From Callorhinchus milii (lineage: Eukaryota): 64,000 nucleotides of DNA. Position numbers and translations under genes: made by a program. Positions 1-13,200 of this stretch are shown in pieces. The stretch spans positions 2,170,001-2,234,000 of the forward strand of contig NW_024704758.1 of assembly GCF_018977255.1 (NCBI RefSeq). The letters are read 5' to 3'. Numbering within the stretch: position 1 is the first letter of the stretch; each line of letters starts with the position of its first letter. Under the pieces are notes generated by a model. The model worked only from the letters and a program-made list of their open reading frames with translations. It was not told the DNA's origin and did no database searches.

Positions 1-411
1 AGGATACCGGGAGAAATGACTTCTCTTCAAATCAGACCAAGGTCTTTTAACACTCACCTGAATAGGGCAGATAGGACCTCAGTTTCCCCCACCCCAGCCC
101 CCCCAGTACTGCACAACATGAGCAACAACAACAAATTACATTTGTAAAGCACCGTCTACGTCAGGAGGACATCCCAAGTCGCTGCACAGTCAGAGATCCG
201 CACCTGAGACGTGGTTGGGATCAGGAGGAGTGGAGGGTGGGGAGCATAGGGGTAGGAAGGTGACTGCCGAATGTACAGTTGAAGAGGAGGGCCTTGAGAT
301 GGGTCTTGAAGGAGGCAAGAGGGAAAAAAAAACAAAAAGAGAGCAGTTTGAGGTAGAAAATACAAAAAGACATTGAACTGCTGTATTGAAATTCAGAACT
401 TTACGTTTTTT

Positions 412-417
412 TTTAAT
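412..417 (-). promoter_or_regulatory. Candidate poly(A) signal (ATTAAA) for the CRACR2B long isoform
   Basis: ATTAAA on minus, ~730 nt past the stop, followed by U-rich sequence. Motif only. Confidence 0.3.
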
Positions 418-1146
418 AGACTACTAAGTTGTAAAAATCCAGGCGCACACACCCTGAAACTACAGGTTCAAAAGGGGAGGCAAACAGGGCTCTTACAATA
501 CAAAAATAAAAATGTCAATACATAATTTATGTTATTGAGCTTCTAGTTTGAGGCAGTTCAGAGTCTGTGGTTGAGGTTAATGCGGTCGGTGGTTATACAG
601 TACTAACGAGCGGGTGGAGATTTTTGGCAAATGATCCACTAGGAATTGAATAACATTCGGGAATTTCCACCAAGGTTTCGCAACGTTGCTGTAAATACTT
701 CCTCTAGAGGTTCACACATCAACACAATACATCTGGCTTCAGTTCTGAATGAATTCACAACCATCACCTACAGCAGGATCCAACGCATCTTTCTTCGTGT
801 TTCATTGACTTCCACGTCTCTACATCAGACAAAGGCTTTCGCTTCCCATCAGAGAACATCAAGGCTACAATAGGCTTCACTGGTGCAAAGGCAACCTTGC
901 TCACAAGGGAAATTTACATTGTGATGAAGGACGAGTGAGTTGGATCCTTCCACACAGATGGAGGGTAGGTCCACATTGGCCCAATATCTCGGAAAGTCTA
1001 AAGGCAAGAGTCCTTCTAAAGGCCAATGCAGTAAATCAATGCGGGAAGGTACCCATGGAGAGCTAGCCGTGGATTTGTCAAGTGAGGTCGTTCCTGCATT
1101 GAATTCCCTTCTCCCCAGGCCAGAGTTCCTCTCTCTGCCGCGTTCA

Positions 1147-1231
1147 CTAGCAGCAGCCTCTCTTCTCTTTATAGTCGTTGTGCAACTGGAGGAAAGTTTC
1201 TTTCCGCCGGTCCTCCTGTTCGGTGAGCAAT
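1147..1231 (-). CDS. CRACR2B: CRACR2B last coding exon ([27 protein letters not shown]), di-cysteine prenylation tail
   Basis: ccgcag acceptor; TAG at 1149-1147; terminal CC is a Rab geranylgeranylation motif. Confidence 0.92.
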
Positions 1232-4200
1232 CTGCGGCAAATAAAAATAAAAAAAATAATAATTTGGTCACTCAATCCACTGCCGCTTTTCGCCCACAAA
1301 ATATACGACAAAATATTCACGTTACAGAATATTCTGTGAAGCGCTTTGAGACATCTCAACGATGTGATAGGTCGCTATATCAAATGCAAGGATTATTATT
1401 ATTATTCCAACCCATAAACCTTCTGACTCAAAGGTGGGAGAGAGAGTGCTGGATCACTTTAGATCAAATTCAATGCACGTGATATTCACAAGCGAGTCCA
1501 AGGAGACAGCAAAGAGCTTACCTTGCCACGTGCATCATTGGTTCCATAATGTTGTAGCCGGATCTGGCGCTACATTCATAGAACACCGCCCTGTAATCCT
1601 AGCACAAAGAACATCCAGTCCCATTAACATGCTGTACAAGGTTACAGCTGCTATATAAACAGATCAGCGAGGACACCTGCGCTGGTTAAAGTGACCAGAG
1701 GGAGTTTGCTAACAGCTACATCAGTACATCTCAAAAAACGTTGATAGAAAAGAAAAGGGAGCACAGAATAAAATATGGAACATATAGACTGAGGGACTTT
1801 GAAGTCGCACTTCCACTCACCTTGGCTAATCTTTGACCTTCTGCGTTCGACACCCGCCGGGCTGCACAGTCCGCCGTATCTACCTTGTTGCCAAGCAGGC
1901 AAATAACAGCTCTTTCGTCCATTCCTTCCTGTTAGACCAGAAGACAAATGTGTGAGAAACTCTCTACATTTCAGCACTTGAGCTACATCAGGCCATCGCT
2001 CTCTCAGACATTGACTGAAGAGCATCGGCTGCACTTTGCCATCTTAATTTTGCCCATTCAGCGGGCTCCGGCTTGCTCCATGTCTCCTGCCTGACCCGCC
2101 CTACCATTGGAAACCGGGCTTTCAACGTCTCTGCCCCCACACTCTGAAACTCCATCCCATGCTCCCTTTGCCTCCTTCAAGGCCGGTCTCAAGACACTTA
2201 CCTTCGACCGTGCCTTTGGTCTCCCTCCCACCTCTCTGCCTTCCCTCACCCCTACTCCACCCCTCCCCCATGCTCGGGCCCCGACATCTGACTGTACAGC
2301 GCTTTGGGACGTCCTCACGACGTGAAAGGCGCTCTATAAATGTCATTTTGTTGTTGTTGTTGCCCGCAACATACACAGTCACTCCACTTTATAATATATT
2401 CTGTGAAGCACTTTGAAACGTCTCATCGTCATGATAAGGCGCTATATACAAGGATTATTATAATTAATTATTAGCGCTTTTACCTAATTAAATCAAACAT
2501 TAAATTAAATAACTGCCTCCTTCAAGGCAATAATAATTAAATAATATTTAAATTAATATTTAAAATTATTTTAAAAATGAAATTGAACAATAATTAAAAA
2601 TAATAAACATTAAATTATTAAAAATTAAACTTTAAACTCAATCCACGACTGTTTGTGGGACGCTGCTGTGTGAAATTGGCTGCCGCGTTTTGTCCACACA
2701 CCATAGTCTGTGACGCTTTGAGAAGTTTAGAAGACGTGAGAAGCGCTAGATCAAATGCAAGGATTATTATTATTATTATTACCTGAACGCTGATCATCCA
2801 ATTCCTAACTGCGATGAACGAAGATTCCGTTGTCACGTCGTACATGACCAAGACCCCGTCTGCTTTGCGGAAGTATTGCTTGGTTACACTGCGAAACCTT
2901 CGGAGGTACGGCAGGAAAGGTCCGGTCAAAATAAAGACATTCCACATCACATGGTGATCACAGTCATCACATCGTCACAGGTTCCTAAACATAGATCTTC
3001 TCAACCCAATGGTTGTGGAGAGGACCGATTTGAGCATACTGTTATTACCACTGATAATAACCCTTACATTTAATACAGCACCTTTCACATTGGGAGGACA
3101 TCTCAAAGGGCTTCACAGGATTTTATCATGGAGTGCGACAACTGTGTATCTTGAGGGCTATCGCGGCAGCCAAATTGCGCGTAGCAACGTCCCACAAAGC
3201 GAGCGATCAATTCGATTGGGGATACAAGTTTTCTTCTTTAATAACACAAATCACTGGTATTGACGGATACTTGAAAGCAGTAAATCCGACATTTGAAAGA
3301 GCTTCGAAACATTCCAAAGCGGGTTATTTGGAGGGCAAACACAGCAGCCACTTTATAAATAATTGCTGTCAAGCACGGTGATTGTCATCTTTTTTTGTAG
3401 GGTGACAGGACAGCCGTTTTGCATCCACGGCGGTCCCGCAAACAGCGATACACAACTATTGCAAGCTTTTTGTTGGCCTGGGGGAAAAAAAACACTCTCT
3501 TTCTTCTTATAATAAATAAATAAATAATCCTTGCATTTGATATAGCGCTTTTCACGTCTTCTCGACGTCTCAAAGTGCTTCACGGAATAGACTGTAAAGT
3601 GAATTGACCGTATATTTGTGGGCGAAACGCTGCAGCCAATTGCGCACAGCAATGTCCCACAAACAGTCGTGGATTGAAAATGACCAATTTATTATTGCTT
3701 TGTTTTGGAGGGATTATTATTGGGTTTGTGGAGTAAGGAAACTTGCCCAAGGTTTCACCCAAGGTTATAGTATCACAGGATCTTAATATCCCATCCACAC
3801 CTCCCCTTCCAAAAAACGTCCTGTGCTCAGTTGGCTGCGGTTATTCTCAACTGGGTTTCTCTTTGCTTGGAATATTGGGTGAGTTACCTTTCCTGTCCTG
3901 CAGTGTCCCACAGCTGCAATGCTACCTGGGTTTGGCCCACCAGCAGACTCTTCACTTGGTAGTCGATACCTGCCAACAGAGAGGAGGAGAGAGACAGGAA
4001 TCCCATCACATCCCAACAACGACAACACAATTGCATTTGTATAGAGCCTGTCATGTCGGGAGGACATTCCCCAGGAAGTCCCCAGAATTGCCTGTTCCCC
4101 CTCCCCCCCACCACATGCGCCCAAATTCGGGTCCCACATTCTCCTTCAAATGCACAGTCGATCACTCGGGCACCAATTCCTGCTAAGGAGAATTCCTTCC

Positions 4201-7200
4201 ATGGTGGCGCGATCAGAGCCCACTCCGCCAACAGTAACAGTGTCGAGGAAAGAGCGCGAGCGCCCCAAGAGCTAACACACTGTGTACAGGTTATAGCAGG
4301 GGTGGGGGTTGGGTGGGTGCTGGGTGTTTGTACCGCGCTTGTACTGGAGGGCGGCGCTTGTAGCGGCTGCAATCAATGACCGTTATCCTGAATGGTGAGA
4401 TGCCCGGTTCACTGAAGCAGCCAGACTACCTTTTAACACAGGTAATGGAAGAGACTGTGAAAATGTGCCCGCAACTGTGAGGTGGCTGGATTACTGAGGT
4501 GACCGCAAACCGGGTTTCTGCTGTATTTATCTATTATATATTATACATATAATAATTATTGTATATAATTGTAATATATATACACACACACACACACACT
4601 CGCCCACACATTTTATAACATCAGTCCACAAAAAAACAGCACAGCGCAATTTCAATGCAACTCTGTAATCGCACACGATTTCTATTTACCAATCGTAGCG
4701 CAGATTTCGGTGTGGAATCGATCGTGGGAAAAACGATGGATGAAAGAGCTCTTCCCAACTCCCGAGTTTCCCACCATCACCAATTTAAATATCCGGTCGG
4801 GGGAGCAATGATCTGCCTCAGACACCTGGAAGGAAGGGCAAGAGAACATAGCATTTCCTGCCTTTTATCAGTAACCCAGTCAGATAATATTTTCCGCAAT
4901 TCTGCGTTATCTTAAGACAGAATGACTTTACAGACTAAGACAAGACCCTTACTCTCTTTGGATGAAGAAGCTCTTTGAGCCCATCTGATACACATGTAGA
5001 CACATATTTTATAATAATAATCCTTGCATTTGATATGGCGCCTGATCATGTGTTCGAGACGTCTCAAAGCTCTTCACAGAATATACTGTAAAGTGAACTG
5101 ACTATATTTTGTGGGCGAAACTCGGCAGCCAATTGCGCACAGCAGCATCCCACAAACAGTCGTGGATTGAGTGGCCAATTTATTATTATTTTGTAGCATT
5201 GGTCCACAGAACAGTGCAGCACAATTTCAATGAAACTCAGAGTCCTGTAGCTCAGTGGTTGGAACACTCGCCTTGCAAGCGAGAGACCTCGGTTCGATTC
5301 CCAGCAGGGCAAAACCTTGGGCAAGTTTCCTTACTCCACACACCTGACAATAATCTCATTTGCAACTCTAAACCCGTGTCCTCTTGTTCTACTGTCTCTG
5401 TGTATCTGAAAGAATTGATCTCAGTTTACTCTTTCAATCCCATTTAAAATATAATACACCCTTCTCTTTAAGGTCCCCTCTGAGACATTTTCTCTCAAGA
5501 CTGAAGAACCTGAGCTTGTCTAATCATTGCTTAGCTCATTCCTCTGGCACTGGGGATCATTCTCGTTGCACTCCTTGGCACTGTCTCTAGAGACACCCCA
5601 CAAGACCATAGGAACATAGAAACAAGAGTAGGCCATTCAGCCCCTCAAGCCTGTTCTGCCATTCTGTTAGACCATGGCTGATCTGTACCTCAACTCCAAG
5701 ACCACCCCAGAAATAAAGCGTAGGGGACCTTCTCAACCTTACCCACCGCTGCATGAGTGCCGATGGGCTGGGCTCTGGGTGTGAGAGGCCTCTGCAGTTC
5801 TTCCTTCTCCTCTGAGTTGAATGGAGACATCCCATAACCTGGAGTTTGGCAGTAGCTGGTAGCCTCGTCTGGCAGTCCTCTGTCCTTGGCCAACCCTGCC
5901 CCACTGCGGAGCTCTTGGGCGCCAGCAGGTCCTCTTCCCCCGCCCGCTCCCTCCCCGGGCTGGTCAGAGCCATATTTACAGTTCTTCTTGCTGGGTTCAG
6001 AGGTCAATTCCGCTGAGGTGGCGAGAGGAAGATCAGCAGCGACGAGCTGTCTGCACAAAAGGTCCCTGCGTCAGATACAGAACCCAGCAAAAGCAAAGCA
6101 AAGCCAAGCCACCCACCAGACATAGACGAGATATGTCTTTGACCGTCCCTTGCCCACTTTTTGTCTGTCATGGACCCCAGGCCTCCGGCTTCCAGCACCA
6201 ACTGTCCAGCTTCCTGAATGGACACACAGGAATAATCTTTCGCATTTCTTTTCAATGTGGCGCCTTGTCACATTATCGAGACGTTTCAAATGGACTTCAA
6301 ATGGAATACACTGTACAATGAAGCGACTGTGTATTTTGTGGGCAAAAAGACAGCTGATTGGACACAACCATTCCCTTGCGAACTCCGTTAGCGCTGGAAA
6401 CGTTCGCAGGTGACCCGCACTCCGCAAGCAGGAGCACAAAGCAGGAAGTGAAGCTGGTCGTGGGGCAGGCGGCCGTTTTTAATTTTGCGTAACTGACCGA
6501 TATTTTTATTTCACAAACCTGTTATAACTCGGGATGGGGGGGTGGTGATGGTTTGGTTCAGAGATTTAACATAATATGGGACCTGAAACATTGGGTTATG
6601 AACGAGGATGAACTCTACACAAAGTCACTTGTGTGTAGGGAGGCGGATTGGAGTCAGTGTTAAACCCCTCCATTGTCAGAACATAGATTCACATGATTGA
6701 CTTCAGCGAAAGCAAAAGTGATCTGCACATAGCGCTCTCTCTCTCTCTCTCTCTCTCTCAAGAAACATCAATTGCACTTAAATTGGCATTTGGCACAAGT
6801 CTAACCGTTTGACTGGTTTGTCTTCCACCAGGTAGTCACCAATCACTGAACCCCTCTTCAACAAGACCTTTTTGCTGGGGGTCATCTGGAACAAAATGCA
6901 GATACAGTTAATTCAATCTGGTCTGTAAAGCAAAGGGAAATAATAATAATGATCACTGCACTTGATATGGCGCCTTATTACATCTTCGAGACGCCTCAAA
7001 GCGCTTCACAGATTATACTGTAAAGTGAATTGACTGTGTAATTTGTGGGCGGAACGCGGCAGCCAATTGCGCACAGCAGCGTCCCCACATCAGCCTTGGG
7101 TTGAGCGACCAAATTATTATTACTTTGAAGGAATTATTCCCCCCAGAAAAGACCTTAAAACACATTTATTCCCTCCCTCCTTCCTCTCATTCACATTCAA

Positions 7201-10200
7201 CAAAGCCACACACAGGAACATGGATTTTCCAGAAAACGATTTTCCAGGCAGGATGAATCGATTCAGGCTCAAGTCCCTTCCGACCCATTTCAGCCTCGGT
7301 AATAATAATTATAATCCTCGAATTTGATACCTCATCACATCATTGAGATGTCTCGAAGCGCTTCACAGAAATATAGTGCAAAGTGAATTGAATTGACTGT
7401 GTGTTTTGTGGTCGAAGCTCTCAAGTTCGAGGACTGTCTGTTCTGTTCCCACTTAAATAACTCTTTCTAAAAGAGTTCCGTTGCCCTGCAAAGGTGGAAC
7501 TTTCCCATCATTGGGTATCCAAAGTCAGCACCCAGTGATGGTTAGGTGTAAAGTAAACCTCCCCATCACTCTGCCTTACGAAAGCATGAGTGACTGTATC
7601 AGTGGAACATTTTCTAGAATTCAATCAGGTTTGGAAAATGTCTTCGCAACAGTTCACAGATCAACATTGTGCAAGACCATGAGCCTTCCGTTCCTCTCCC
7701 CTTTCTGACTGGAAATAATGGGACCGCGGTTGCAAAAGTCAGAGTGACCTACAGGTAAATATAAGGATTTACTGCCCTGGGCACCCTGCCAGTCTTTAAT
7801 CTCAACTCCCAACTCGATTCGGGCTCCTCACCCTGAGACAATACAAAATTACATTTGCACAGCACCTTTCACGTCGGGAGGATATCCCAAGCCTCTGAAC
7901 AGTCATGGATTTGGACCCAAACAGGGGGTGTTGGGAGGGTGGAGGGCAGGTATGGTTAGGGTAGGAGGGTGGCCGAAGGCGCTGTTGAAGTGAAGGGTCT
8001 TGAGACGTACCTTGAAGGAGGGAGTGAGGCGAAGGGACTGTGGGATGGAGTGCCAAAGGGTGGGGGCAGAGAGGCTGAAGGCCTAACTGCCAATGGTGGC
8101 AATATTCGAGTTAATCGCACACTAACTGCATTGCAATGATTAATTTATCAATTGATAACTAATCTTTCAGATTTATGCAGACTTATGCGTGCGCACACAC
8201 GCAATCTCATGTGGTGTGAAATGCCAATTGAATAATACAAGCTTTAAAACAGTAGCAAATCCAGGACTGAGTTTAGCACTGCCGGGGTGGGGGAGGATCA
8301 ACTTTTTCCCTATATTGAGAACATCTAAACTATTCAATTGGATTACAGTCTACAGGTATCCATCAGTCTTGCCTCAGTCTTTAAACGTCATCGAAAAAAA
8401 CCTACCTCTTCAACCATGCCTATGGTCACCTCCTCCGTCACCTCCCCCTTTCCACCGTCCCCTGCTTTCTCCCTTCCGCTGCATCCCACCCCACCAATAT
8501 GAAGTGCTCTGAGATGTTATCCTATATAAAGGCGCTGTATAAATGCAAGTTATTCTGTGAGCAGATCAAGGCAAAGGAATGTTACATAAAAGCTTGTAAA
8601 TCTCCCAGGCATCACTGCTCTTCAACCTCATTTATGTTTCCTATTGGTATCCCAAACCCTGTTTATAGACCATATAGCAATAAGGGTAGGCGTCCAAATA
8701 TTTAAAGGGCTTGTGAAGATTAATAATTGAATCAGTTCAGCCGGGTTGATTTTATAGCACCATACACTCTGAGACTCTGAAGGTTAAGCTCTGGCTTTAG
8801 AATAATCTTCTCGGCTCGGGATGCCGCCCTTATGGAGCACTTCCTTACTGCTCAGAGCTTGCTGACTAGGCAAACAAATTCAGAATAAATTCTTTGTCAC
8901 CTTAAAAAAAAATGACATAGAGCTATACGGCACAGAAACAGGCTCATTCAATCCATCTTGTCCATGCTTGTACATCACACGAGCCTCAACTCTTCTATTC
9001 CCCTCTCCTACGCCCTTCTATTCACCTCCACTTTCATACACGCATCAAGTTTCCTCTTAAATGTATTGATGCTTTTTACTTGAACCATAGCATCTAGGAG
9101 TGAGTTCCACACTCTCACCATCCTCTGCATGAAGTAGTTCCTTCTAAACTCCCTATTAAATCTGCAACTGGCGGCCTTGTATTTACGTGGAAACGGCCTA
9201 ACCAGTCTTCACCTTACCGAATCCTTTCATAATCTTATTTACAAGGTCCAGAGAGTATAGGGGTTTCCCTTAGAAAAAAGTCTGTACAAATCAACACTCA
9301 TTTATAAGAATGTCATTGGTAATGCATTGCATTTTAGTGCATTCCTTCACCTTAGCGTATAATCAAAAGTCTAAAAAAAAACAAGGATTCTAATAAAGTT
9401 TAAATAAATATTACAATTTATTTCAGTTAAAAATATTATTTTACACTTGGTTGGAGTACATAATTTACGTTTAATCATATTTGATTGCAAATTAATTTAG
9501 CACAGTTAAATGAAATCAAACGATCTTTCTTCACCTGTGCATTTATTATTAACAATAATCCTTGCATTTGATAGCAGCTTTCATGTCGGCAAAACATCTC
9601 AAAGCACTTTGCTTCACAAGATTACATTGTAGTGACTATGCTTTTTACATGCACAGTTCCTACAATAAAATCTTGTGAAATTTTGTTCTAAATGCCATGG
9701 GTGATGGTGGGGGGGAGAAAGAAAGAGGTTAAGGAATGGGCAGAACAATATGCCTCAATCGCTCCATCTTGTCCCCTCTTTGCCAATCTTCAGATCTGAA
9801 GACTTTCCTCACTTCCCCTTTCTCCCCAGCTCGGCGTCAAACCATGCCACTGTACAGCACCCCAGGACTCTACCCCCACAGCACCGCCCCCTCGTTATAG
9901 GGTGCTTTATAAATGCAATGTTGTTGGACATTGATAAAGATTGTTGCTGTGAAAGAACTTAATAATCCTTGCATTTGATATTGCTCCTTATCACATCTTC
10001 GAGACATCTCAAAACTGACTGACTGACTGACTAACTAACTCACAACAAATGACACTTGTATAGCGCCCTTCATGTTGGAAAGACGTCCCTAAACTAAACG
10101 AAGAGCCGTTGGTATCCAATCTGAAGCTTTCTCTATTCTGAAGATGGAGAGCAGCTTCAAGCCTGTTCCTCCTGCCTCCCTCCCGCCCACCACTGCTCTT

Positions 10201-13200
10201 TCCAAAGGAAAGTCGCCCCTTCAGCTAATCTACCCCTGCTTGTGTCCTGCGCTTTGAACCCCATCAGCACCGAGACAAAATGAGCTAACGCGTGCGTGCG
10301 TGCGTGTGTGTATAAAACAAATGGTCTCACGCTCTATGTGTCTCTGTGCTCACAAGGATCACACAATGCTGATCTGCGCTGGGCTGCTATGGTTTACACT
10401 GTGTCCAGGGAACATAATGTGGGACCACAGGGATGCGATGGCCACAACAGCAGCTGCGGGCAGGTTTGTGTATCGGAACTCGCTTTTTGAGACTAACCAG
10501 CTTCCTGGCTTCGAACGCGTCCCTCTCATCTCGCAGCTTCTTGTTCATCTCCCTGAGCAAAGAAGGAAAGTAAGAACGAACAAATGGAACACATCAGCCT
10601 CTTGGTACACAGCGAAGTCCCACAAAAAGCTAGCAAGTGCAGGATAGCTTGATCTGCAGCTCTGTTAGCCAGGACATTCTCTTTCCGAAGAGGGGATAGG
10701 ACCTCGGTTTTAACGTCTCATCCATAAAAATCCACCGCTGACAAAACAGCTGCCTATGCAGCCCTCCGACACCCCCGCCCCCCCCCCCCCGAACCTGCAA
10801 TGGACTGTCAGCCTAGAAAATAGGCTCAAGTCTAGATCTAGGGGTTAGAACCCACAACCTTCTGACCCAGAGGGGAGAGTGGTACAAAATCAGAGCTGAG
10901 CTAATCAAAAGGGTCATGTCACAGTCCGAGATACCGATCAGTGGGTGATTGAGTGAAATGCACCCTTGCGTTGTGCGGTCAGTTGCATCAAGTAAACGTG
11001 AATGAACATTGATCAAATCCTCCTTATTGAACAGCCACTGGAGCAAATTTTTTAAAAAAAATCCACATCAGCTCTGCAAGCTATGGATTAATCGTCTACA
11101 GCTCCATTATACTGCTGAGCTGCAAGGCTTTGATGCTCTTGCAATTAATGAGGAAATCCGAACAAAGGCCGCTATGTTATTGCCTGGCACTTGCAGAGTT
11201 TATTTCACCAAACTGTTAATATTCACTTAAAGCCTGTTCTCCTCCCTGCACACGCACTCACACGCGCACGCATACACTAATTCTCTTTCTACAGGTTAAT
11301 CTCCAGCAGTTACCCCAATGCAGCTCTGGTATCCCTCAAGCCTTGGCTCTCGCCAACCCAAGCATAAGGCTCTGACAGATGTAAAGGCTAAGCTTGTGGA
11401 TAGTGGGATATGAATCAATGGATCGCAAGGACTTTGGGCTGTTGGTCAAAGGGTCATAAAGTTTCAATCCATGCATGGAAAACAAAATCTGGTAATTACC
11501 TGAGAAGTTCCAGCTGCCTCAAGAGACTCTCTTTCTCCTTCTGCATGTTCTTCGACACCTTCAGAACATCTCTGTGGCAGACAAAGACTCCTTTTTAGTG
11601 GCTCAAACAGTCCACGTCCGTAGCAACAACTTGCATTCATATACAACAGCAACAAAATTACATTTATAAAGCACCTTTCACGACAGGAGGACATCCCAAG
11701 GTGCTGAACAGTCGGGGATCAGTAGCATCCTTTGGTTTTGGAGTTATTTTATAGTGACAGGGTTGAATACTTCTGTGCAGATCATTGCTGTGGAATCTAA
11801 TCAACTGGGCTGCTTTGGCTTGTAGCTGTAAAGGATTGTAGATCAGCAAGACTATGGAATTCTTTTGCCCGAGCTTTGGTGACTTCCCAAGATGGCCAAT
11901 GTTACCCTGGACCTCAGCAGGGATTGAAGGCAGGTCAATCGTTCACAATGCTAATTGATGGCATTCGGTGAGGTTTAAAAAAAAAGTCTACCTGGCCTTC
12001 TGATGATGTTCGTGCTCAATCTCCTTTGAAGAATGCGGAGGTTGGTGTGAGCGGCCTCCAGCTCCTGCCTTGACCTGTCCAGCTGGTCCTGGAGGTCTTC
12101 GTTCACGTGCCTCAGTTGCTCGTTCTGCATCCTGGTCTCAGCTTGTTCATAGTTCAGGTCCTTGATCTGATTTTCCAACTGCAGGTCACAGCAGAATAAT
12201 CAATCAATCAATCCATCAATCAATAATTAAATAATAATTAAATAATAATCCTTGCATTTGATACAGCGCCTTATCACGTCTTCAAGACGTCTCAAAGCTC
12301 TTCACAGAATATACTGTAAAGAGAATTGACTGTATATTTAGTTGGCAAAACGCAGCAGCCAATTACACACAGCAGCGTCCCACAAACAGTCGTGGATTAA
12401 GTGACCAAATTATCATTTTAAAGATTTTTTTTTGAAGGGTTTATTACCCCCGGTAAAGCGATCCACCAATCAACTAACAACTGAGTTCCTAGTAACTGCT
12501 AGGATAGAACAATTTAGAGTTATAATTCATTTAACAAAATAAGAACATTTTTGTCCATCCAATCGTTTCCTTTTAATAATGAGTATCCCACCACCACCCC
12601 TCAAAAAAAACCCTACAAATATACGTTATTTTCCCTCTCTCCATCATCCCACAAGTTTCTTTCCTTCAACAATCTGGGCTGATCTACTCTCCCACCTTTA
12701 AGATAATAAGAAGCTCGGAAGACAAATGTGTATTTAAAAGAAGAGGGCAGTAGGTCTATTCATTACTCGGTAAATATTTACTAAGTGCAGCTTCAGCTGA
12801 ATGTTAGTCTCCATGGAGACATTCGCCCACTCATTCCCTCGCTCGCTTGCTCTCTGCCAAGGCTGGTGCTTCTTGTCTGAGTAGGTCAGGGTTCCCCTTA
12901 CAATGGTCTGAGGGCTACTGGGCTGTGACAGATGAGAATGGAGAGCCCACCTGCCCCCTCCAGGCTTCTCACACAACGTGTTAACCACCAGGCGATGGAA
13001 TTGTTTGCTTTGAGGGGAATCTTTCCTTGATAATAATCCTTGCATTTGATGCAACTCCTTATGGCGCCTTTGAGGAGTCTCAAAGCGCTTCACAGTCTGT
13101 ACTGTAAAGTGAATTGACTGTATGTTTTGTGGGCAAAGCGGGCTCGAAGGGCAATTCATTCGGGGAGGGAATCAGGCGGTTGGGGGGAGGGCGGGTGGAT

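Noticed and set aside
849..1482. 140-aa and 180-aa ORFs overlapping the CRACR2B 3' end
   Set aside because: Alternative-frame or antisense readings of the last exon, UTR and a SINE; no domain evidence.
8786..8866. Possible extra CRACR2B exon after a ttgcctag acceptor ([14 protein letters not shown]...)
   Set aside because: In the phase required after exon 9 it stops within 7 codons; exon 9 joins 6885 in frame without it.
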